Below, piece after piece: positions 10,704-18,404 of a stretch of DNA of 32,000 nt. Within the stretch, counting starts at the first letter, position 1. Each line of letters starts with the position of its first letter. Source of the DNA: Trichodesmium erythraeum IMS101 (GTDB lineage Bacteria; Cyanobacteriota; Cyanobacteriia; Cyanobacteriales; Microcoleaceae). Location of the stretch: contig NC_008312.1 of the NCBI RefSeq assembly GCF_000014265.1, positions 5,970,001 to 6,002,000 on the forward strand, read 5' to 3'. The notes beneath the pieces were generated by a model. The model was given only the letters and a program-made list of their open reading frames with translations. It was not told the DNA's origin and did no database searches. A program made the translations under genes and the position numbers.

Positions 10704-13700
10704 ATTTTTAGCTTCTGCAATTAAACTAGGATGAACGGGAATATTTTTGCAAGTTTTCTGATATGTCTCCAAGTCGCTGTTGATATACTGCTGCCACTCC
10801 TCTGCTGTTAAATTCCGACTCAGACGGCGACAACCTTCTTGAATTAAGCCTTTTGGTGTTGTCCAATGGAGGCGGGCGGTTTTGTCAGAACTTGCAGTTG
10901 CAATGGTTTTGCCGTCGGGGCTAAAGGCTACTGCATTTACCGAGGACTGGTGGTTGAGAGTAGCTAATACTTTGCCATTCTCAGTATCCCAGAGGCGGGC
11001 GGTTTTGTCATAACTTGCAGTTGCAATGGTTTTGCCGTCGGGGCTAAAGGCTACTGCATTTACCGAGGACTGGTGGTTGAGAGTAGCTAATACTTTGCCA
11101 TTCTCAGTATCCCAGAGGCGGGCGGTTTTGTCATAACTTGCAGTTGCAATGGTTTTGCCGTCGGGGCTAAAGGCTACTGCAAATACCCTGGACTGGTGGT
11201 TGAGAGTAGCTAATACTTTGCCATTCTCAGTATCCCAGAGGCGGGCGGTTTTGTCAGAAGTTGCAGTAGCAATGGTTTTGCCGTCGGGGCTAAAGGCTAC
11301 TGCATTTATATCGAGCTGGTGGTTGAGAGTAGCTAATACTTTGCCATTCTCAGTATCCCAGAGGCGGGCGGTTTTGTCTCTACTTGCAGTAGCAATGGTT
11401 TTGCCGTCGGGGCTAAAGGCTACTGCTATTACCCAGTCCTGGTGGTTGAGAGTAGCTAATTCTTTGCGAGTCTTAGTATCCCAGAGGCGGGCGGTATTGT
11501 CATAACTTGCAGTTGCAATGGTTTTGCCGTCGGGGCTAAAGGCTACTGCTCTTACCCAGTCCTGGTGGTTGAGAGTAGCTAATTCAAAGCCATTCTCAGT
11601 ATCCCAGAGGCGGGCGGTTTTGTCTAAACTTGCAGTTGCAATGGTTTTGCCGTCGGGGCTAAAGGCTACTGCCCATACCCTGTCCTGGTGGTTGAGAGTA
11701 GCTAATTCTTTGCCATTCTCAGTATCCCAGAGGCGGGCGGTATTGTCTCTACTTGCAGTAGCAATGGTTTTGCCGTCGGGGCTAAAGGCTACTGCATTTA
11801 CCGAGGACTGGTGGTTGAGAGTAGCTAATTCTTTGCCATTCTCAGTATCCCAGAGGCGGGCGGTTTTGTCATCACTTGCAGTAGCAATGGTTTTGCCGTC
11901 GGGGCTAAAGGCTACTGCCCATACCCTGTCCTGGTGGTTGAGAGTAGCTAATTCAAAGCCATTCTCAGTATCCCAGAGGCGGGCGGTATTGTCAGAACTT
12001 GCAGTAGCAATGGTTTTGCCGTCGGGGCTAAAGGCTACTGCATTTACCCAGAACTGGTGGTTGAGAGTAGCTAATTCTTTGCCATTCTCAGTATCCCAGA
12101 GGCGGGCGGTTTTGTCATAACTTGCAGTTGCAATGGTTTTGCCGTCGGGGCTAAAGGCTACTGCTCTTACCCTGGACTGGTGGTTGAGAGTAGCTAATAC
12201 ATTGCCATTCTCAGTATCCCAGAGGCGGGCGGTTTTGTCAGAAGTTGCAGTAGCAATGGTTTTGCCGTCGGGGCTAAAGGCTACTGCTCTTACCGAGTCC
12301 TGGTGGTTGAGAGTAGCTAATTCTTTGCCATTCTCAGTATCCCAGAGGCGGGCGGTTTTGTCATTACTTGCAGTAGCAATGGTTTTGCCGTCGGGGCTAA
12401 AGGCTACTGCTCTTACCGAGTCCTGGTGGTTGAGAGTAGCTAATTCTTTGCCATTCTCAGTATCCCAGAGGCGGGCGGTTTTGTCAGAACTTGCAGTTGC
12501 AATGGTTTTGCCGTCGGGGCTAAAGGCTACTGCTCTTACCCTGGACTGGTGGTTGAGAGTAGCTAATACATTGCCATTCTCAGTATCCCAGAGGCGGGCG
12601 GTATTGTCATAACTTGCAGTTGCAATGGTTTTGCCGTCGGGGCTAAAGGCTACTGCTATTACCCTGTCCTGGTGGTTGAGAGTATGGAGATGATCAGGCA
12701 GTTGAGTTAACCCTTTGCGAATAGCTCCATCAGCGGCATTTTGAGGTATATCTGAGAACTGACTCCCTAAAAATTTCCTAACCACTTTTCGCCACCCAGA
12801 GTCTTGCCATTCTTTAAATTCTTGAATTCTGTTCATTGACTGGACTCCCAACAAAACAGTTGTGTCATAACTGTTATAAGTTGTCAATAATTCTGCTTTT
12901 GCCGCTAACTGACGGGTAAAGAATATTTCACTATTATGTTTAGCTATGTTTTGCTGCATCCAAGCATAACCAGATACCCCAGTCATTAAAACCAAAGAAA
13001 CACCCAAAATTTGATTCCGTCTTTGAGCTAATTTTCTAGCTTTCTTTTCTTGCTCTAACTCCCTTTCTTTACGTTCCTTTTCTTCCTTTTCCTCACGAAT
13101 TCTCAACTCCTGACTCGCCTCAATAAATTCATAAGCCAACCCATCCAACAAACCCATATCCCCATACTTTGTCACATATTCTTCTGCCTTAGTTAACTGA
13201 GTTTCTCGTAATAACAAACCCTCATTTTTTCCATCCTTTTCCCACCCAGCCGCATCAGCCTCAATTTTCCTTTCCACCGGCAAAGCCTCTTGATATTCCT
13301 CCACCCATTTCCTCAAAGTTTTCCAACTTCTAATTAAGTCCTCATGAATAATATCTAATAATGTTCCTGCCTCTGACTTATCCTTAGTAATTAATCGATT
13401 ATTTGGGTCAGCCAAATTATCACTAACCTCCAATAAAAGCTCTAAAGTATGTTCTTTATTAGGCAACTTTTCCAAAATTACTCGCCGCCGAGTATCCGTT
13501 ACCTTGAGAAAATTAACTGACCGTTCCCCAGGCTGAACTAACTCTAAAAATATCCTCTTGGCAACCGACTTTTTCTCTTTATTCAAACTCTCATAAACTG
13601 CATCAGCTTGCTTCGTCAAAGTACCCTGAATTCCACCCAACTTTTCATAACTTGCCAGAGTTAAATATTGACTTTTATCCTCCCCTTGAGTAGCAGATTT

Positions 13701-15200
13701 CCACAGAGCATCCAAAGTATATTGTAACAGAGGTAAACTACCAGGATTACGCAAAAAATCTGCTGCCATTTGAGCAACTAACTTAGGTTCTACTCCCATT
13801 CCCACTAATTCCGCCGGCTTCTTAATTGCTTCCTCTATCTCATCCTTTTCCAAAGGAGTTACTAATAATTGATGCTCCTTAATTTCTGTTGCCAACCCAG
13901 AATATTTTGAACATTGGTCAAGAAAATCTGCCCGCATTCCTAAGACCAAACAAAACTTATTTTTAGTTTTTTCATTTGCCAAAACAGACAAAAAACAATC
14001 AAAAAATTCCCGTCGTTTTTCATCAGTTTCACAGAGAGTAAAAGACTCCTCAAATTGGTCAATTACCATCAAGACTTTTTCCGCCTTTACTTCATTAATA
14101 AAATCGATCAGTTTTTCCGTTAAATTCTCTATTTTTTCACTCTTTATATTAACTGCCTTTTGCAGACTTTCCAGAGGAGAAGAACTCGGAGTAAAAGGCT
14201 TAATATATAACCATCTGTCACTTCCAGATATTTTCTGCCCCCGCTTCAATTGATATAACAAACCCGCCCGTAACAAAGAAGACTTTCCACTACCCGAAGC
14301 CCCCAAAACCGCCACAAAATTATTAGTTCTAACTCGGTCAATTAACTCATCAGTCAACTGAGTTCTACCATAAAAAAATACCCCATCTTTTTCCTGTTCA
14401 GTAAAATAAGATAAAGCCCGATAAGGAGGAGTTTTTTTCCAACGTCCGTCTAGAGATTTAGTCTGAGTATTAGTAGTCAGAATAATCGCATCTCCTGAAT
14501 TATGAAAAACAGGAGATTGAGAAATATTCAGCATATTATTCTTAATAGAATCTGCCAAAATATAGTTAGTAACCCAACCATCAATAGAACTTTCTGGATT
14601 TAAACCTTTAAGTAAATTAGCCGTAAAAACACCATGTTTTCCATCTATTTCTGACACACTTTTTTCAAAAGAACGAGAAGAAGTAATAAAACAGCGACTT
14701 ACTTCTTTTCCAGTACCAGGGTCAGCCTCTTGAGAATTTAATAATTCCCCACCAAAACAACAGTCTAACCAAACAATTTGTTTTTTCACCGGACTTTGGC
14801 GTAATAAATCTTTCAACCAACTTAAAGATATGCCATAAATATCCCTTTTTAATTGCACATCACTAGTTACTAAAAATCCTTCTCTAACACCCCCTTCTGT
14901 TGTTACAAAACCATGACCAGCAAAAAAGAATAAAGCCACATCAGGAATTTCATTTTTTGAGATAGGATTAAATAAATTACTAACTTTTATTTTGAGGTTT
15001 TTCCTATAAACAAAGCCATCAGATATAAATCTTTCCCTACCAGTTTCATCATAATCTTTTGGCAAACCTTGAACATGAAAATTGCCATACTTTTCCAACA
15101 TTTCAGCAATAGCTTCAGCATCTTTAACTGGAGCTTTAAGGTTTAAACCAGGTTCAAATACATGTTCATTAATTCCAACAACTAAAGCTTCTATACGCAT
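10539..15200 (-). CDS. Caspase-like peptidase C14 / STAND P-loop NTPase / predicted TM helix / 15 x WD40 repeat protein (orthocaspase/metacaspase-like conflict or cell-death type receptor)
   Basis: N-terminus has a caspase His/Cys dyad context (ALFFFAGHGF ~14905-14935; IVWLDCCFGG ~14745-14780). P-loop VLGASGSGKSSLLRAGL (~14282-14312) and Walker B MVIDQFEESFT (~14041-14075), the DQFEE-type STAND NTPase. Basic coiled coil plus hydrophobic ILGVSLVLMTGVSGYAWM (~12962-13015). Fifteen 41-aa WD units follow. Confidence 0.93.
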   Translation of the reverse strand: MRIEALVVGINEHVFEPGLNLKAPVKDAEAIAEMLEKYGNFHVQGLPKDYDETGRERFISDGFVYRKNLKIKVSNLFNPISKNEIPDVALFFFAGHGFVTTEGGVREGFLVTSDVQLKRDIYGISLSWLKDLLRQSPVKKQIVWLDCCFGGELLNSQEADPGTGKEVSRCFITSSRSFEKSVSEIDGKHGVFTANLLKGLNPESSIDGWVTNYILADSIKNNMLNISQSPVFHNSGDAIILTTNTQTKSLDGRWKKTPPYRALSYFTEQEKDGVFFYGRTQLTDELIDRVRTNNFVAVLGASGSGKSSLLRAGLLYQLKRGQKISGSDRWLYIKPFTPSSSPLESLQKAVNIKSEKIENLTEKLIDFINEVKAEKVLMVIDQFEESFTLCETDEKRREFFDCFLSVLANEKTKNKFCLVLGMRADFLDQCSKYSGLATEIKEHQLLVTPLEKDEIEEAIKKPAELVGMGVEPKLVAQMAADFLRNPGSLPLLQYTLDALWKSATQGEDKSQYLTLASYEKLGGIQGTLTKQADAVYESLNKEKKSVAKRIFLELVQPGERSVNFLKVTDTRRRVILEKLPNKEHTLELLLEVSDNLADPNNRLITKDKSEAGTLLDIIHEDLIRSWKTLRKWVEEYQEALPVERKIEADAAGWEKDGKNEGLLLRETQLTKAEEYVTKYGDMGLLDGLAYEFIEASQELRIREEKEEKERKERELEQEKKARKLAQRRNQILGVSLVLMTGVSGYAWMQQNIAKHNSEIFFTRQLAAKAELLTTYNSYDTTVLLGVQSMNRIQEFKEWQDSGWRKVVRKFLGSQFSDIPQNAADGAIRKGLTQLPDHLHTLNHQDRVIAVAFSPDGKTIATASYDNTARLWDTENGNVLATLNHQSRVRAVAFSPDGKTIATASSDKTARLWDTENGKELATLNHQDSVRAVAFSPDGKTIATASNDKTARLWDTENGKELATLNHQDSVRAVAFSPDGKTIATATSDKTARLWDTENGNVLATLNHQSRVRAVAFSPDGKTIATASYDKTARLWDTENGKELATLNHQFWVNAVAFSPDGKTIATASSDNTARLWDTENGFELATLNHQDRVWAVAFSPDGKTIATASDDKTARLWDTENGKELATLNHQSSVNAVAFSPDGKTIATASRDNTARLWDTENGKELATLNHQDRVWAVAFSPDGKTIATASLDKTARLWDTENGFELATLNHQDWVRAVAFSPDGKTIATASYDNTARLWDTKTRKELATLNHQDWVIAVAFSPDGKTIATASRDKTARLWDTENGKVLATLNHQLDINAVAFSPDGKTIATATSDKTARLWDTENGKVLATLNHQSRVFAVAFSPDGKTIATASYDKTARLWDTENGKVLATLNHQSSVNAVAFSPDGKTIATASYDKTARLWDTENGKVLATLNHQSSVNAVAFSPDGKTIATASSDKTARLHWTTPKGLIQEGCRRLSRNLTAEEWQQYINSDLETYQKTCKNIPVHPSLIAEAKNLAKTGEKPKIKQAISIFKKALELEPEIDLDPDTETRETDPQLVANKLAASAKLK
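10865..12695. repeat. 15 tandem 123-bp (41-codon) near-identical WD40-encoding repeats
   Basis: CAATGGTTTTGCCGTCGGGGCTAAAGGCTACTGC recurs every 123 bp (10901, 11024, ... 12625). Protein unit: LATLNHQxxVxAVAFSPDGKTIATA(S/T)xD(K/N)TARLWDTENGxx. Confidence 0.97.
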
Positions 15201-15834
15201 AGTTAAAACTGTTTAGTAGTAATACTTTTCTATTAGTACTTAGACATTTTCTGACAGAAGAAATGCATAAAAGTCCATTTAAACAAGGGAATTACAGCCA
15301 TTCACCTGATTATGAGGTACACCCACGGGAGCTTGATCCTAGCACTACATAATTTTTACAATTTACCCTGTACCTTATACATCCGAAATCTGCTGTATGT
15401 CGACGTCCTCAAGGCTAGGGCTAGAACCTCGGCAGCCAGACTTAGACATTTTTGAAGCCCAAAGCTTTTACTAGTCTATATTTAAGCCGATTTTTTTTCC
15501 CCAGACTTTGTTGAAGTCTCACTATTAATAATAAAACCTACGCAAGTTCACTTAGGTCCGCTATGTTTAGAGCTGAATAGCATTCCTCCTCACCGTCAGG
15601 ACCTGCCCGGGGGTAAGTACTGAATAATCAAAATTTTAGGTTACAATAGTTGACAACTATTCAAGTGTATTTTACATTTTTTATTTTGTAAAGATAATTT
15701 AGGATCAGCCTCTCAACATCTTAGGTTTGAAAAGGCGGAGTTAGAGACAGAATTATTTTGATAATTAAGCAACTCCAAACTTAGAAATATTAGCTTGAAT
15801 AGGGAAAAAAATAATTGATAAAAGGATAACTAAC

Positions 15835-16308
15835 ATGAACAATTCTATGGACAAATTCTTATTATCTTTAATGTATGCAATCAAAGAATTAGAAACCCCT
15901 TTAACTTCAGAGGAAAAAAAACAACTCAAAAGTGCTGGTAAACAATTAGAGACTGACCCCACAGCTTGGGAAACTTATACTAAACCCATGTTAAAAGAAG
16001 TAATTAGCAAGAACTCATCTCTGAATAAAATCTTTCAAAATATTCATTCAAACCTCGAAAAAATCAGCGATAATTCTCAATATTTTATCCAACCCACCGA
16101 AGATTTAGTAACAGTTACCCCAAGGGAAAGTTCATTAGAAGAACGCCCACTTATTAAACCGGATCCTGAAGAGGAAGATAATTATGAACTTCTCAATATG
16201 TCTATTCAGGTTTTACAATTTCCAGAGCCACAAGAAAAAGTAAAAAAAATTAGTAAGCTTGAGAAATTCTGGAATTTGATTTCTCAAAATAATTCCGACA
16301 AGAAATAA
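15835..16308 (+). CDS. Hypothetical protein (157 aa, acidic, no recognisable domain)
   Basis: ATG preceded by AAGGA 8 nt upstream. ORF with no internal repeats. I recognise no motif. Confidence 0.5.
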   Translation: MNNSMDKFLLSLMYAIKELETPLTSEEKKQLKSAGKQLETDPTAWETYTKPMLKEVISKNSSLNKIFQNIHSNLEKISDNSQYFIQPTEDLVTVTPRESSLEERPLIKPDPEEEDNYELLNMSIQVLQFPEPQEKVKKISKLEKFWNLISQNNSDKK

Positions 16309-16396
16309 AATAAAGCTTCAAATATTAGGAGTCATCTCATTTTTTTTAAGCCTTGATTTAGGGTGGGTTTCAGCTATCTAAAAAACCAGAGACAAT

Positions 16397-17989
16397 TCTA
16401 TTAACTAAGACAATTTGATAGATTTTCTAACCCGCCATTATTTGCCTTCAACTTCTGGAAAAATAACATTCTGGAAAAACAATATTCTGGAAAAATAACA
16501 TTCTGGAAAAATAACATTCTGGAAAAACAATATTCTGGAAAAATAACATTCTGGAAAAACAATATTCTGGAAAAATAAGATTCTGGAAAAACAATATTCT
16601 GGAAAAATAAGATTCTGGAAAAATAATATTTAGGTATTATCGATAAGACAATTTGATAGATTTTCTAACCCGCCATTATTTGCCTTCAAATTCTGGAAAA
16701 ATAAGATTCTGGAAAAATAAGATTCTGGAAAAACAACATTCTGGAAAAACAATATTCTGGAAAAACAATATTCTGGAAAAATAACATTCTGGAAAAACAA
16801 TATTCTGGAAAAACAACATTCTGGAAAAATAAGATTCTGGAAAAACAATATTCCGGAAAAATAATATTCTGGAAAAATAATATTTAGGCATTATCGATCA
16901 GACAATTTGATAGATTTTCTAACCCGCCATTATTTGCCTTCAAATTCTGGAAAAATAAGATTCTGGAAAAACAACATTCTGGAAAAATAAGATTCTGGAA
17001 AAACAATATTCTGGAAAAATAATATTCTGGAAAAATAATATTTAGGCATTATCGATCAGACAATTTGATAGATTTTCTAACCCGCCATTATTTGCCTTCA
17101 AATTCTGGAAAAATAAGATTCTGGAAAAACAACATTCTGGAAAAATAAGATTCTGGAAAAACAATATTCTGGAAAAATAATATTCTGGAAAAATAATATT
17201 TAGGCATTATCGATCAGACAATTTGATAGATTTTCTAACCCGCCATTATTTGCCTTCAAATTCTGGAAAAATAAGATTCTGGAAAAACAACATTCTGGAA
17301 AAATAATATTCTGGAAAAATAAGATTTAGGCATTATCGATCAGACAATTTGATAGATTTTCTAACCCGCCATTATTTGCCTTCAAATTCTGGAAAAACAA
17401 TATTCTGGAAAAACAACATTCTGGAAAAATAAGATTCTGGAAAAATAAGATTCTGGAAAAATAAGATTCTGGAAAAATAAGATTCTCGAAAAACAATATT
17501 CTGGAAAAATAACATTCTGGAAAAATAAGATTCTGGACAAACAATATTTAGGTATTATCGATAAGACAATTTGATAGATTTTCTAACCCGCCATTATTTG
17601 CCTTCAAATTCTGGAAAAATAAGATTCTGGAAAAACAATATTCTGGAAAAACAATATTCTGGAAAAATAAGATTCTGGAAAAATAAGATTCTGGAAAAAT
17701 AATATTTAGGCATTATCGATCAGACAATTTGATAGATTTTCTAACCCGCCATTATTTGCCTTCAAATTCTGGAAAAACAATATTCTGGAAAAACAACATT
17801 CTGGAAAAATAAGATTCTGGAAAAACAATATTCTGGAAAAATAAGATTCTGGAAAAATAAGATTCTGGAAAAACAAGATTCTGGAAAAATAACATTCTGG
17901 AAAAATAACATTCTGGAAAAACAATATTCTGGAAAAATAAGATTCTGGAAAAATAAGATTCTGGAAAAATAATATTTAGGTATTATCGA
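16397..17989 (+). repeat. Two-level tandem array: 8 blocks of [~62-bp header + 4-13 copies of the 16-bp unit TTCTGGAAAAA(T/C)AA(C/T/G)A], 68 units in total, plus a truncated 9th header
   Basis: Unit runs start at 16453, 16691, 16945, 17103, 17261, 17387, 17609 and 17767, with 11, 12, 6, 6, 4, 10, 6 and 13 units. Headers TTTAGGYATTATCGATMAGACAATTTGATAGATTTTCTAACCCGCCATTATTTGCCTTCAAM start at 16629, 16883, 17041, 17199, 17325, 17547, 17705 and (truncated) 17975. Confidence 0.97.
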
Positions 17990-18404
17990 AACGAAAACCC
18001 GAAATTTTTCATGGTACTAATTTGATAACAAATATATTTATATTTTCCCTATCGGAAGTAACTATGGTTAGCGATCGCTCTATCAGTTAGTTCTCAGAAA
18101 AAAACCGAAATAACTCATTACCACCAGTAGAGTCAGTAACAAAATTAAACTTAGTAATTATGAATTATTTTTCAACTGCCCTAATGCCTGAAAAATCAAG
18201 AAATTTTCTCATTTGTTCAAACTTTTTATCTAACCCTTAAATCGTGATTTTTTTTTCTCATTTTTCATAAAACCTACGAACACTTAAAAATCATTAACTT
18301 CTCCCTAAAAATCTCTATTTAATAAGAAAATCTTGACTTTTATTGAATAAATTATCAAAACTATAGTGGGCAATATGAAAAAGTTTATACTGATTCACCT
18401 TTTC

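Noticed and set aside
10384-10734. + strand ORF of 116 aa across the caspase-gene stop region.
   Set aside because: It is antisense to the 165-bp tandem repeat. Its internal repetition (SWGSVSLVSVSGSRSISG twice) merely mirrors the repeat.
11149-12612. Three long + strand ORFs (118, 200 and 159 aa; MVLPSGLKATA... repeats).
   Set aside because: They are the antisense reading of the 123-bp WD40 repeats and are open only because the repeat lacks stops in that frame. The sense strand has unmistakable caspase/NTPase/WD40 signatures.
10865-12695. Diversity-generating retroelement (DGR) as the source of WD-repeat variability.
   Set aside because: There is no reverse transcriptase and no template/variable repeat pair in the window. 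Variation is spread over 15 tandem units rather than one VR, and I see no indication of the adenine-specific substitution pattern a DGR would leave.
15560-15621. Resemblance of the minus-strand CAGGTCCTGACGGTGAGGAGGAATGC...AAACATAGCGG to RNase P RNA (GACCGUGAGGAGAGUGCCACAGAAACAUACCGCC) or the SRP RNA GGUCCGGAAGG motif.
   Set aside because: The universally conserved GAGGAAAGUCCGGGC (P4) block, other RNase P helices and the SRP tetraloop context are all absent. The similarity is a short patch only.
16629-16690. HetR-binding-site-like TCTAACCC in every header.
   Set aside because: Only one half of the inverted HetR site (as I recall it, GAGGGGTCTAACCCCTC) is present, with no GAGGGG arm upstream. 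An 8-nt half match is not evidence.
16630-17924. Minus-strand ORFs of 71-72 aa (FFQNLIFPECCFSRILF... with 16-aa periodicity) inside the repeat array.
   Set aside because: They begin at TTG codons inside the repeat with no RBS. Their existence follows from the unit lacking reverse-strand stops, and a 16-bp period means unit-number changes would shift the frame. Treated as translation artefacts, though only expression data can exclude micro-proteins.
16397-17989. CRISPR array interpretation of the 16.4-18.0 kb repeats.
   Set aside because: There are no unique spacers: 16-bp units abut each other directly, and the 62-bp 'headers' are themselves conserved. There are no cas genes in the window, and the unit is too short and not palindromic in the CRISPR manner.
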